From: Haliotis cracherodii
Lineage: Eukaryota
Assembly (NCBI RefSeq): GCF_022045235.1
Contig: NW_027266286.1
Location: forward strand, 14,446,001 to 14,510,000
Reading direction: 5' to 3'
DNA: 64,000 nucleotides
In this document: in pieces, positions 24,702 through 38,165 of the stretch
Position numbering within the stretch: position 1 is the stretch's first letter
How the letters are laid out: each line of letters opens with the position of its first letter
Notes under the pieces: generated by a model
What the model saw: the letters and a program-made list of their open reading frames with translations, nothing else
Database searches by the model: none
Told to the model about the DNA's origin: nothing
Position numbers and translations under genes: made by a program

Positions 24702-26459
24702 TATTTAATATCTCAGATTACATTTGTCGATCATACTCAGTTACATCAATTTGGAAGAGGAAAGAATATTGCCGACATTCCTGTTTTATACCCCTCTAAT
24801 ACGAGCACAGTAGCCAAGCATCTTGTGTACGGGTTTTTTGGCAGATTAAAATGTCAAAGGCCACCCGCTATTTTAACCGAACTTGTCCAGGCACTGTAAG
24901 GCTCCCTCAAAATGATCATTGTGGACTTGATTGAGGCCATGCCAAGCCGCATAGCGAGTGTTTGACCAACCGTAGGGGTATGACTCGTTATAGATAAAAT
25001 AATTTCAAACACATCCCTCTCGTCTTTCTTGGTTGTGAGAATACACCGCGAACCTGTTCTTTTGATTGTTATGTTACACCTAGACCTTGTTTTTTTTCTT
25101 ATCCATCTATAAGCACGCATCTTTGTATTTCTTTAATCATCTGTCATTTTTTATATCTACTTTTTTTGAAAGTATATATAAGTTATCGCGAAAGCGAGAC
25201 TTCATTCAACATGGCGTCGCTAAGCGAGTGATCACGTTCCGTGTCGCCAGAGAAACGTGTTCACTGGTAAGTAATGTTCTGTTTAGTTGTATATGTGAAT
25301 TGAGTGGTGTAGGTTCCTTGGGAAAGGGATGTTACACGTTAGTCTGATTGCGAGTGCTCCTGTTTAGACCCCGGGACCAGTCTCTACTATCCTGCTTTAG
25401 ACCCAGTGACTGAACCAGCCTCACTACTCGCTCTCGCATTCCCCACACTCGCATTGTTTATTCATGACACTCTCAAGGGCCACGGGTGCATAGTTCAACA
25501 TATTAACAAGGCATGCGTGTTTCTTTGAACTAACAATCCATGATTACGTACAATGCAATATTTTGTAATAATGTAACATTTGATGTTGACAAGACAATGC
25601 AGAACAAACTGATATTTGGATACCGTGTAAACTTCTTTGCACTATATTTGTTTCTTAACTGAATGTTACCACATATACATAAACTTATAGTCATTTTCTA
25701 CAGCATTAAGGTAACAAGATGTACAGGTATTGTTAGACGTTTGTAATGTGCCTTTTGATCAGAATAACCTCCTCTGAATTGAACGACACTTATATCATTA
25801 TATTCTCCATATGTCAATCACTGGATTGTCTGGCCAATACTCGATAATTTACAGACCGCCGTCATATATCAATGTGTTGTTTTAAGAAGGTTCAAACAGT
25901 AATTTTAGAGAAAAATCCTCATCCTCATGATGTGTTAATGGATACTAATGCAGATGGTAAGATGTTAGTAAACGCAGTTGATCATTCAACGAATGTCAAT
26001 GGGTTGGTTATGCATGATTTGGTAAAACGGTTTCCAAAGGTCAGTACACAAACTCGACTTTAACCAACTGATATGTGATGAAGCAACAAGGACAAATCGA
26101 CGCCAGGTACATTAAGGTACGTCAATCTGATTGTTCACTCTAAAAATAGCTCGTACAGTACATTCAAACCGATCGAGAGCGTGAAATCGGGTCATACAGC
26201 CAATCGTCTGTCAGCTGTGTAAACAAAATGCTGTGATGAACTTGGTCACATAGCAGCCTTGTCCACTGAAGGGAAACAGTTTTGTGAACAAACCTTTGAG
26301 GAAGGCAGTCCTCTGTATCCACGAGATAACATACACATATACAAGCGTGTTTTGTCATTGAATGTAACCAAGCTCGTTCTCTATAGTTATGATTGGCTAT
26401 GTAGTGGATAAATATATAAGCTCTATTTACATCGTTAAGGCTTCATTTCACGTGTAACC

Positions 26460-26865
26460 ATGCCGACTGATGGTTGGAAAGTTTATTCATCTGGTATTTA
26501 TTTTAATCCAAAACATCCAGCTTCCTTTTCTGGCCCTGCTAAGTTGTATCACATTGTCAAAAAGGAGGGGAAATTTGATATGAGTTTACATCACATAAAG
26601 AAGTGGTTGGCATCCCAAGATGCCTATTTGCTTCAGCGATCTTTAAGATACATTTTCAAGCGGAACAGAGTGGTGGCTTCAGGCCTCAATGCTCGATGGG
26701 ATATTGACCTGGCTGATGTTACTAATACAGCTTCGGACAATGACGGTGTGAAATACTTATTCATAGCTATAAATGTATTTACACGGTTTCTGTGGGTCGA
26801 GCCCCTTAAAAATAAAATGCCAGACGCTGTCATTAAGGCCATGAAGAATATATTTTCCCGGGCTA
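26460..26865 (+). pseudogene. Polinton/Maverick-type integrase fragment (duplicate)
   Basis: Same translation as 20075-20480. Confidence 0.85.
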
Positions 26866-29598
26866 CAAGCTATCAGATATGTCGGCTACTTTGGGTATGG
26901 ACCCCTTTTCAAGACTATTCTGGAGAAAGTGAGGGCATTGGACCCTGATACAGATCCCAAAGAACTTTCCACTAAAATCATCCAGTGGATGAAACCTATT
27001 GAGAAAGAAATTTTATCTCATGTAGAACTTTCTGAGGCTGAAGATCTAGAGCGTGAAAAGTCAGATGTTGATGATGATGATGATACAGACACTGAATAAT
27101 CGCTCCTTGTACATTATTGTGAGATACTGATTGTCTTAATGTTTTATTTGTGTGTTTTAATGAATAAATCTTGTGTTTACATGATTTGACATCAATCAAA
27201 CAATCCTTGTGGTTATGTAAAACCTTTTTGAACTGATACTGGTGAATCAAAGATGGCATTACTTCACCCTGAAAAGAAGCCTAATTGCTCATGCTGCTTT
27301 ATGCAACAAATCACTCACTAAGCTAAGCTCAGTCACAAAGGATAACATTCAAAACAAGTCATGTTCAATACATTTATTCGAAGGATATACAATTCAAATA
27401 GGTCATATTCAAGTACAAGACATGTATACATATTTACAACATTCTTCAGTTGAAACAGTTTTATTGCAACTGAAGAATGTCTTGTACTTGAATATAACCT
27501 ATTTGAATTGTATATTGTATAATTTATATTGTAATGATAGTTGGTGGTGCTGTAGTTTATGCTCTTGCTTTTTCGGGAAGTACTTTTTTTTATCCATTGC
27601 CATGAAGTCCTTCCGTCCGTCCGTCTGCTTCTCAAAGGGGACAAATTTTCTCAAAAACTAGACACTGATTTTACTGGTCATGATGTTAAATGAGTTCTAA
27701 CATTAGTGAACATTAGAGATACTTGTCAAGACTGAGAATTAGTGCTGTAAATTATTCTTTTACAGAGTTATGGCCCTTGATCTATGTTATTTTACATAGC
27801 GCATAGTGTGTTCAATGGGGACAGTTTTCTCAAAAATTACTGAAGTTAATGAATGCAAGTTTGCATACTTATACATACTTGCATACTACAGTTGTCAAGA
27901 CTGAGTTTCTTCCCTTGCTATATGATGTTATATTTTGGGCATACACAGTTTTGCCCTTGATCCATTTCATTTTACACAGTGCATAGTGTCTGCAATGGGA
28001 ACAAGTACAGAAGTTATCTAACAGATACTCAAGACTAGTTCGAGAGTTGGTGCAATACATTATTTTTTTTTCCAGAGAAGGGGCCTTTTGAGTGTATAAT
28101 CATTTTTTTTCAGATGACATAAACGATCCTTGTCTTAAGGCATTATAGAGTCGTGAATATCCGGGTAGAAAATAGGTCTTCAGCAACCCATGCTGGCCGT
28201 AAGAGGAGTCTAATGGGATCGGGTTGTTAGGCTCGTTGACTTGGTTGATGCATGTCATCGTGTTCCAATTGCGTAGAATTATTTACAGACCGCCGTCACA
28301 TAGCTGGAATATTCCTGAGTGATGCGCTAAACAGCAAACAAACAGTCTTAAGGCTTTACAAGACTCTTGTTTATAGTTTATATTCACTACTATATGAACA
28401 AACAAAATTCTAATGTGCCCCATGCCGGGGGGATAGTGATAAGGCTGTTTCTTGTTGATCTTTAGATTTGAACCTATATCATAAGAAAGAACAACCATAA
28501 TTAATGTCAAGTATAAGATAGATGATTGTTTGACAGTAGATTATAAAAAAAACCACCCAGTTAGAACATCTCATGTTTCATGGATATTGCAAAGAAGATC
28601 TTCTAGAATCACATAAAGAGATGTAGAGGTGCTGGCCAGACTGTTGTCAGTGTTGATATGCCCACAGAGCGGAAAGAGATGCCTTTGTTTAAGAATTACC
28701 AAAATCAAAGACCAGTACCAAACATTAACTTTACTATATGGAGGCAATTTTAACAAATGTGAAAACACTGAGAATCATAATGTAGATGAACGCTGTACAT
28801 GTAACACCAGAACACGTGGCGTAGGTGGTATGGATATGTAGTTGTGAGATATGGTGATACAACTGATTATCCTGTAATTTCCTGAGGATTCCGTAGCTGC
28901 AGCCCATTCCCTATGCAATTGGAAGAGAGAAACATAAAGGAAACTTTATGAATACATGGATAGTTGGTTTAGGTTTCTGTAAACTATATTTATTTCACGA
29001 CCCCCGACATGTTATATCTATTATTAAGAATGACACTAAAGAAATGGCATGGATTACTTCAGTGTAATTAGAGCCCTTGGATGGAACTTGACATCAGATT
29101 GAATAAGAAAGAGTGAATGAGTTGGGTTTAACACCGCTTGTAACAATATACTGAAGTGGATGCAGGTCTCAGACGTTTACCATTTCGATGAAACCCACGA
29201 GCATGGGTATGGTGCTGACAAACCTAGAAACAGTATCGGGGCGAACCGGGATTCGAACCCACAATCATAGGTTTCCGGCGTGCCCAAGGGACGCAACTCT
29301 GCACAGCAAATCGCGGCGCCTTAGACAAAGGGCCACCCGTGCCCCGAATAGGAAAGAAGGCTACGAGACATTTTGAGAAGAATCTTTATTGCTTAATGAA
29401 TAACTTCGTAACTCGCAAAACAATTGGGAATCTCAGGAAAGTGTGTTGATGTTAAATTAGTTAGACCTCTCCATGAAGAGAAGCTAAGGAAACTAACGGC
29501 CAGTCCAGCCTATTCAGAAGTAAGATATTCGATAACGTCTTAGCAGCAATACATGTATAAAAAAGAGAGAGCAAAATATCATCTAACAAAACGGTATA

Positions 29599-31118
29599 AA
29601 CTAGTGTCCAAAAGAAACGATACCACCTGTTTGCAACGACATAAAAGAAAAACTAAACAATGCAGAAGTTTAGGATTGGTGTTATGCTTTTGAGAAATCC
29701 TTTCACAACATCTGTACAAAAATTTCATTTCAATAAAATCTGTACAACCAATATGACAAGCCTTTAAAGATGGGTGGGGTTGAAAAATGAACATTTCGTT
29801 AGAGCACTGATCACAGAAACAACGGGAAATGTCACACCACACGTCTCAAAGTCAAGTCAGTAGCGGGTATGTCCACCGTGAGCATCAATACATGCCAGAA
29901 CACGCCTACGGACTGATGACGTCAAACGTCTGATGACGTTGGGAGTGATGCGTTGCCATTCCTCGAGGAGACATCGTTCCAAGTCGGCGACGTCGGATTT
30001 GCCGATCGAGGTCGTCCCATAAGTGCTCGATGGGATTCATGTCCGGTGAACATGCGGGCCATGGCAAAACCTGTACGTTGGCGTTGGCAAGGAAGTTCTG
30101 TGTCAATCTTGCTGTGTGTGGCCTTGCATTGTCATGTTGGAAAAGGAGTCCACGAGGCTGTTGCTGAATAAAGGGCACCACAACAGGCCGTAGGATGTCA
30201 TCAAGATAACGCTGTGCATTCAGGTTTCAATGAATTACGACAAGCATCGTTTTGACGTCACCACATATGCCAACCCAAACCATTAACCCTCAACCTCCAA
30301 ACAGCCGGACCTGTTGGATACAGTTAGGCGCCAAACGTTCACCAAATCGTCGGTATACAAGCTGCCGTCCATCGTTTCTGAAGATGAGGAATCTGCTCTC
30401 ATCAGAGAACATAACACGTGCCCAGTCCCGCCGTTGCCAACGTCGAACTCGCGTGGCCCAGATCAGTCTGTTGTTCCGGTGTCGAGGCGTCAGTAGCGGT
30501 CCGCGGTAGGGATGACGTGGTCGGATACCATACTGCCGTAGTCTCCTGTAGACGGTCTGTCGACTGATCCTGTGTCCCAGTGCTGTAGCCGCCGTGGACG
30601 TCGCTGTTACGGCGCGGTTCCTCAGGTGTAATACCGGGATGTAACGATCTTCACGGGGCGTGGTTACTCGTGGTCTTCCACTCCTGGACCTGTCTGACGT
30701 CTGACCTGTCTGACGTAACCGCTGCATCAACCTGGTGATAGTGATGTGTGCGCAGCCCAACCTTCTGGCGACGTCGACGTGTGACGCTCCTTGTTGGACC
30801 ATTCCAAAGGCTCTCTCTCTCTCGATGGCTGTCAAACGTGGCATATTTTGTGTTCTTTTTGTTGCTGTGATATCAACGTGTCTGATCAGGCGTTTTATAC
30901 AGTTTTTATGCACGTGCAGAACATGCTAGAGAGGGAAATGTCACTTTCACGAAATTTACGTTTTTTCCCGGAAGTGATCACGTGTTCCCGGTATTTTTTA
31001 TCGACTATGCTGTGTTTGGGATGTGCAATACGAATTGGCATGTTTTCATACTAGACAATTCACTTAGTAAAAAACAATTTTGAAAATAAGTTGGTATCGT
31101 TTCTTTTGGACACTAGTT
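29599..31118 (-). mobile_element. Tc1/mariner DNA transposon, full length (1520 bp)
   Basis: 27-bp TIR AACTAGTGTCCAAAAGAAACGATACCA at both ends, flanked by TA (29597-8, 31119-20); empty TA site in copy 1 at ~23168. Confidence 0.95.
29857..30844 (-). pseudogene. Tc1 DD34E transposase, frameshifted
   Basis: MPRLTAIERER HTH start, GRPR, VMFSDESRF, FQHDNARPH, SPDMNPIEHLWD, GGHTRY*; split over two ORFs. Confidence 0.92.
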
Positions 31119-31140
31119 TAGTTGGAATGAGCATCCATTT

Positions 31141-31269
31141 AAGGCGACTAACGGGATCGGGTGGTCAGGCTCGCTGACTTGGTTGATGCATGTCATCGAT
31201 CCCAATTGCGTGGATCGATGCTCATGATATTAATCACTGGATTGTCTGGCCCAGACTCGATTATTTACA
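31141..31269 (+). mobile_element. SINE family B 5' half (duplicated, 5'-deleted)
   Basis: Same sequence as ~23385-23512. Confidence 0.85.
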
Positions 31270-31355
31270 TGGCCTTCATCAACCGCCTCATCCATTCCAT
31301 GTATCGACGTTGCACGGCAGTAATCAATGCACATGGCGAACACACCTGATACTGA
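31270..31355 (+). pseudogene. Tc1 transposase extreme C-terminus (also at 23513-23592)
   Basis: AFINRLIHSMYRRCTAVINAHGEHT*Y* matches the Tc1 C-terminal motif SM.RRC.AVI.A.GGHTRY. Confidence 0.8.
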
Positions 31356-32541
31356 CTTGTGATGTCATTTTCTCAGGGACTAGTGTTGTGTTTTACGATC
31401 GCATCCCAAAGTGCGAGTGATGTGACAATCCGTTATGGGAAAAAAGATACATGTTATCAAAGTGAGGATTGTGAGAATATGCGGGAAATACCCTCCTGTG
31501 CATGAAATGGACTTGTCCGACATTGCAAGGGTCGGATTCTATTGAGGGAATCCTCATTATTTAAATACGGGTAAATAGTTTTAAAGGTTGTACATTTTAT
31601 CATCCTTAAAGAGGCTGTACATAATGTTAACATCTCATATGAGACATAATAACGAGTGGGTGTTGTTTTTCGTACAATCAAACACAGAATGGAGAATAAA
31701 CCATAAGGGGCTAACCTCTCTCCCGTGTAAAACAAATTCGTAATATTAATATTCGTAACCAGCTCCTCTGTGATACATATGGATGTAATATAATCAACTT
31801 TACTTACATCAGCAAGGAAATCACTTCAATCTGTGCCAAGAATATGAGCTGACGGGTTGCAAAGTTGACCGAAACTCGAAATTAATGTTCGCAGCGCTAG
31901 CTGTTATTGATTCCGCATACAATCTAAATAATGTGTTGAATCTCGTTTTGATGTAAACGATCGTTTTGATGTAATCGAGACTGTACCAGAGTACTGACAC
32001 GTCTCAAATGACACTTGAACGTAATAAAATTTATTTTGTATAAATTGACCTGGAGTAATTTAGTACTTTTTATCTAGGTGCCAAACAATTGAAACAGAGA
32101 TATCAATGCATTTCAGTCAACCGTGTTACACCTCGTGGCGAAAAAATTAATATATATTCGGTGATTGATAAAAGCAAACAATACAGAATATTTTTTATGT
32201 ATTTTTATACAAGTAACTAACATATAACATTTACCAATTGTAACACCTTTTAGAAATAAACTTAATACTATTTTTAAGTGGGCCACGGGGATGTCAGTGG
32301 GCGGACGGTGGTTCGTGGATGGGAGGGGGTCAGTCGTTTGAGGCACTGGAATGATGGAGACAAGCGTGTTCGGGAATGAAACCCGCAATGTTGATTGAGC
32401 ATTATCAGACGTTACAACCACAATCCAAAACACATGCAAAACGTACGATCGTCGCACGAGTAGCATGTCGTATGCATGAACGTTAGTGTGACTGGTTTTC
32501 ATTGACGGCAATTGTTTGAACACATGAGAAACATAATATAT

Positions 32542-32728
32542 TGGTTGGTTGGTTGTTTTGTTGTTTAACGCCGCACTCAGCAATTTTTTTCAGCTATATG
32601 ACGGTGGTCTGTAAATAATCGATACTGTACAAGACAACCCACTGATTGATATCATGAGCATCAATCCACGCAATTTGGATTGATGACATGCATCAACCAA
32701 GTCAGCGGGCCTGACCACCCGATCCCGC
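32542..32728 (-). mobile_element. SINE family B, 3' portion
   Basis: Reverse complement of the core and the AAACAACCAACC tail. Confidence 0.85.
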
Positions 32729-32729
32729 A

Positions 32730-33382
32730 TAATACATTGGATTTGCAGAGGTCTTGGGAAGAATTTTAATGAAATACAACTTTTATTCCAAGGTTTTAAA
32801 CTGTCAGCTTCTTGTCTCCAAGAAAAATATCTAAAAAACACAGATCTATTTGATATCCGGCAGTACAGTTCTTACCACTCGTTTTCCCCTCCTGGTGATA
32901 AAGCTACAGGAGGTTCTTCTATCCTGGTGAAGCAGGGCATTATCAATAGCCCTTTACCACTCAACACTACCCTACAAACTGTTGCTGTCCGTGTTACTTT
33001 GAACATAGCGTTTACACTGTGTTCACTGTATCTCGCACTTTCTCAACTATCCGTCAATCAGCTACCGAAGCCTTGTATCATCATGGGCGATGAAAACGGT
33101 CATAATCCCCTATGGGGAAGTACTGATACAAATAATAAGGGAAAAGTCCTTGAAGAGAGTATCTCAAACAATGATTTATGCATCTTCGATGATGGTAATT
33201 ACACATATCTGCATCCTGCCACTGGCACATACTCTGCCCCAGATCTTTCACTGACAGATTCAAGTATTTTAAACGATTTCGAATGGTCGATCCATGATGA
33301 CCTTTGTGGAAGTGACCATTTTCCAACAATACTTACAACTATTAATTCGTCTGACGAACCACCTTCAACAAGATGGAACTAA
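32730..33382 (+). pseudogene. LINE (I/Nimb-like) AP-endonuclease remnant
   Basis: W.CRGL, CLQE, GGSSILVK, CSLY, IIMGDENGHNPLWGS, DLSL, CGSDHFP. Confidence 0.85.
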
Positions 33383-34994
33383 AACAGCTTAAGATACGGG
33401 CCAAATAACTGTCAGGCCTCGATGTGGGGAATTAGCTATGGGGAGCTAGACTTGAAACAAGAAAGTGTGTTTATATCATTCAAATTACATGAATTGATAT
33501 ATAACAATGACATACAATGACAATAATGATAATAATATGCTAACCCAGTGTCAATCTAAATCTGGGAATAAAGGCAATGTGTTTAATATTGGAGTATGTA
33601 CGGTGATTATATACAACGGATATTTATTAGTGATGACGGTAATGCCAAATAACATTTCTTCAGAGCTAAATTGAATAATCGTAACATTTTAATAGAGCAT
33701 GTACGGTAAAACCTACATGATAATTCTATGTGTGGTATGTCGCGCCTATTTGGGTAACAACGGTAAACCATTTATGGCTTTTTACATTAAATGAAAATAA
33801 ATACGTGGAGCATATACGGTAAACTGCGCAAACGGTTCAGATGAGGAACGTGACACGTACTTCTGAAAAAACGGTGAACATTCATATTTGTAGTTTTAGT
33901 AATAACTTTCACATCATAATAATTTCAGCAAATAAGGAAGGTAAATATTTCATCCAAATAAAGCTACGAATGTACACGGTAGAAAATATAGCTCGGTTTT
34001 AGTTGGTGTAATTATTAGTTTTATTAGTGATTATTTTGGTGACTATGGTAATGTACCACGACGGCTAAGTTGCTACTGACGACGCGCATTTCCTAGCTAT
34101 ATACGGAGCTAGACGATAAGAGTTAATGGAGTGGTGACGGTAAATTGTATACTTAAACGGTGCGCATTTGAATACACGTTGTTATGTAGTAAAAAGGATG
34201 ACCATAACTGTATTTAAATGACTACGGTAATGAAATTGTTGTACAGGCTGTGTTGTACCGTATACAACTGTATCAGGGGCGGGTCTAGTTACAGTATATA
34301 CAAGTACTTACTTCATGAGGATAAAACTTCAGAAATATGGAATGCGTCGCTATAGCCTATTCCGTAAGTGCGCATGGAAGGTAAAGCTTCTCATATAACC
34401 TCTGATCGGTGGACTGCCGGAAAGTATGGAATAACCGACCTACGTATAAAATACATCTTGCTTGAAACAGTTGTGTAAACTCAAGTAACCGTTCTGTGGC
34501 TAAGCTACATGTACGCTACGGTACTGCGCGGAAATATAAACTGTATATGCATCTGGCATGTTAAACAGATAATGATAGACGTAGAAGGCGACTGTGATCA
34601 TGGATGTCGAAATATAGGAGAGAAGTATTCGTTTCTCACATTTGTCAACGCGCATGTTGACGGGGAATTAGCACTTTGGGGGAAAAAAGGACAAAATCGA
34701 CATCACTGTCCCGGAACACTTTATGCACAACATGTCAAAAATAAACAACAATTGCACAATGAGCGGAATACCTGCTCTGACAACACAAGCACAGCGATGA
34801 GCGGACCTTCCAGCTCAGGCATAGAGGAGATGAGAGGAGCTCCAGCTCACCTCAGGAAGTTTCCTACGAGTGGCGCATCCTGCTCGAGGTCATCCCTACA
34901 CCAGCACTCGGAATACCAAGCTTGACTAACACCATGTAATGGTAACACATATACAGTAATGAACAACAATTGACAGACAAAGAGACAGTGACGT

Positions 34995-36679
34995 CTGACT
35001 GACTGACTGATATAGAAGATTTAACGTGCGCTTTCCGACTGCAGCGATTTAACGTGCGCTTTCCGACTGCAGCGTATTTCGCACACGGGCCTGGCCGGAC
35101 CATTTAGTGTATTCCGAGAAGGGTGAAAGTGGTGTGTGCAACCCAAGAGGGGGCTTTTAGGGGTTGCTTATATTGATTTTTTGAAATTTTTAAATTTGGA
35201 ATAAATGCCAAAGTGGGTGGAGGAGGGAACTAAGGGAGCCGGGTGAGGTGGGTGTTTGTATGTTTATTGGATTTTGGATTGGTAGATTAATTAGTTTTTA
35301 GATGCGCTTAATTGGGTCTGTTTTGATTAGGAATACGCCTAGGGCCTTGAAGTTTTCTAGTTTATTTTGAGGGTTTAGTATTTCATCTAGAGTAGGAACC
35401 TTATTTAGATTGAGGGTGGTTTGTAGTGTGGTTCTGTGTGTTTGATAGTGGGTGCAGTGGATGAGTGCGTGTTCTGTGGTTTCGGGTTGTTTGCAGTGGG
35501 GGCAGTTGCCTGTGGTGTGTCTTTTAAGTTGTTTTAGGTGGTTATTTAGGTTCGTGTGTCCTGTTTGGAGTTTTGTAATTAATCTGTCAATTTGTTTAGA
35601 GGGGTGTAGGATTTTAGGTTTGGCTAGTGGTTTTCAGAGCACTTTTTTGATTTGGCTATTTGAGTTTTGATATTGATTATGCCATTTTTTGGTTATTTTT
35701 TGTTTGTTTACACTTTTAATTTCTGATTTTGAGATGGGTAGGTTTAGGCTTATTTCTGGTATTTTGAGAGATAATTTAGCTGCTTTATCGGCGCTTTCGT
35801 TGCCGTAAATTCCTACGTGGGCGGGGGGCCTGCTTTTGTTAGGCCGTTGGAGCTTTTAAGTATTTGGTTTATTAATTTAGATCGTTTTTTGGTATTTTTG
35901 TTTTGGAGGGCTTGTAGTCCACTAAGGGAGTCAGTGAGAATTAGGATTTTTGTTTTGTTTTTAGATTGTTGGTTATGCAGGGCTGAGGCCATGCCCATAA
36001 GTTCGGCAGTGAATATAGATTGGTTGTTAGGGAGTCGGTAAGATTGTGTGGATATAACTGGTTGTGTGGTATGGACTCCGAAGCCTGTATGGTTGGAGAT
36101 CGGATCTGAATATCCGTCAGTGTATATGTGACACCAATTTGGCCAATCTTCGTGTATGTATGCAAGTGTGGTGGTTTTAGCTAAGTTTGGCTCGGTTTGT
36201 TTATTTACTTGGTTAGCTAGCGTTGTGTCTATTAGGGGTATTTTGAGTTTAGGGGTGAAGATATTTGATTTTTTGCAGTTTTGTTTAAGATTTTGAGTTT
36301 GGTGTTCATTGAGGTAGTTAGTTATTCTTTGGGATATTGGGGTGAGTAAGGGGTGTTTGCGAGCTAGAGCTTGGTTTCTTGGGCTAATGTTTTGGTTAAT
36401 TAGGTTTTGGATGAGAGAGTTTGTTTGGGACGCGGCCCAGAAATTAAGGCTTAGATGTTCCCTGCGTAGATTAAGTGGCATTTCTCCTGTAAGGGCCTGA
36501 AGTGAGGTGTAGGAGGTGCCATGTTGGGTGCGTGTAATTAGTTTGAGAGCCTGATATTGTATTGAGTCAAGTTTTTTAGATAGAGAGTTGTTTAGGGTAT
36601 TGTATATGGCACAGCCGTAGTCTAGTTTTGATCTAATTAGTGTTGTATATAGTGAGAGGAGGGTATGACGTGACGTTGT
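34995..36679 (-). mobile_element. 5'-truncated RNase H-bearing LINE (I group) with (TCAG)n tail
   Basis: LYTTLIRSKLDYG, IYTDG, SIFTAEL, ILTDSLSGLQAL, GNESADKAAK, C-terminal CPHCKQPETTEHAL; 11-bp TSD GACAGTGACGT at 34984-34994 and 36680-36690. Confidence 0.9.
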
Positions 36680-37267
36680 GACAGTGACGTTGCTCTGGAC
36701 ATTGGACATATGGGCGTGATGAACCGACACAGTTCAGGGGATGATCAATGAAGGCAATAAATGCCATACTATAAAAAGCAGTAGTTAAAGGGAAGGGATA
36801 TGGTAGTCCAGGCTGACTGACAGTCAAAATACAATGAAATGTTGGTGAGGATTAACAACGGGGATTAGTGTCTTAAAAATACAGACAATTAAGTTATGGA
36901 GACATATACATATCATGGCTACAGGTGTAATTAGCCTTTGGAGTCAAATGTACTTCAGACAATGGTAGTCGTACATCAGTGGCTGTGACACATTAATGAC
37001 ACATCGACTGGAGGAGCCCACGACGCATTACACAAAGATAATTGGGTGATGGTCATTTTCACAACGATTGTGATATTCTTACGAAGAAGTACATGTTTCT
37101 AATTCACTTGTGCCTCAAGTTAGAACTTAGAACGTCACTTAGGGACCATCCATTTAATATTCTTGGGGTGGGTGGAGGATGGTTTTGCAATACAATGGTT
37201 CCTACAATAAATAAACATTTTCTTATTGATACAAACGTACATGTACATGAATCATTTAAAATAATAC

Positions 37268-37271
<4 letters not shown>

Positions 37272-37320
<49 letters not shown>
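37272..37320. repeat. (AAT)n microsatellite
   Basis: Direct inspection. Confidence 0.95.
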
Positions 37321-37323
<3 letters not shown>

Positions 37324-37716
37324 AGATAAGTAATATTAATATGTGTACATAACAAAACTGTCCAGTCAGTTGATTATTTATGAATTGAGGGAAAACATGG
37401 CAAACATACAGACATCGAATTCTAAGTACCGACTCCCAATTGTTCTCGGTGCCTTAGGTTCCTTTTTTACCTCCCAATCTGTTGACTGACATCCGGAGAG
37501 TACCCGGGTTTGCTACCAGAAATACAGCCCTTCTGGCAATCTGGGTAATGCAGACTCCTGCAATGTTGGGGAGTCTTCACACCCTCCGAAAGGTTCGGGG
37601 TGGTTTCCATTAGGCAGCGCTTCCTGGGAGAAGTCCCATTCGGTGTCTGGGCTGCGTGTAGAGGGGGGCAGGGCCCTGAGCTGATGATGAGTCAAAGCAA
37701 CTTGACTGTGCCAGGA

Positions 37717-38125
37717 TCATCCAAACCCTCTTTGCTTCACTTTTTTAATATTTAAATCTGTAAATCTGTATATCCATGACATTCTAAGTATTATATATAC
37801 TTAGAATGTCATGGATATACAGATTTACAGATATATATATACTTAGAATGTCATGGATATACAGATTTACAGATATATATATACTTAGAATGTCATGGAT
37901 ATACAGATTTACAGATATATATATATACTTAGAATGTCATGGATATACAGATTTACAGATATATATATACTTAGAATGTCATGGATATACAGATTTACAG
38001 ATATATATATACTTAGAATGTCATGGATATACAGATTTACAGATATATATATACTTAGAATGTCATGGATATACAGATTTACAGATTTAAATATTAAAAA
38101 AGTGAAGCAAAGAGGGTTTGGATGA
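37717..38125. repeat. Foldback element: ~74-bp inverted arms enclosing 7 tandem 42-44-bp units
   Basis: TCATCCAAACCCTCTTTGCTTCAC...GACATTCTAAGTA is the reverse complement of 38052-38125; unit TACTTAGAATGTCATGGATATACAGATTTACAGATATATATA. Confidence 0.92.
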
Positions 38126-38165
38126 CAGTATTAGAGTATTGTAAACCTATCCTACATATAAAATA

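Larger units (their letters stand above)
23602..31349. repeat. Recent tandem segmental duplication B, copy 2 (with Tc1 insertion and a ~200-bp deletion)
   Basis: Near-identical to 17241-23601. Confidence 0.93.

Noticed and set aside
34509-34925. 138-aa ORF as a host gene
   Set aside because: No recognisable domain and no convincing splice structure
37806-38125. Repeat-peptide ORFs (MSWIYRFTDIYILR)n
   Set aside because: Product of the 42-bp tandem array; broken by a 44-bp unit
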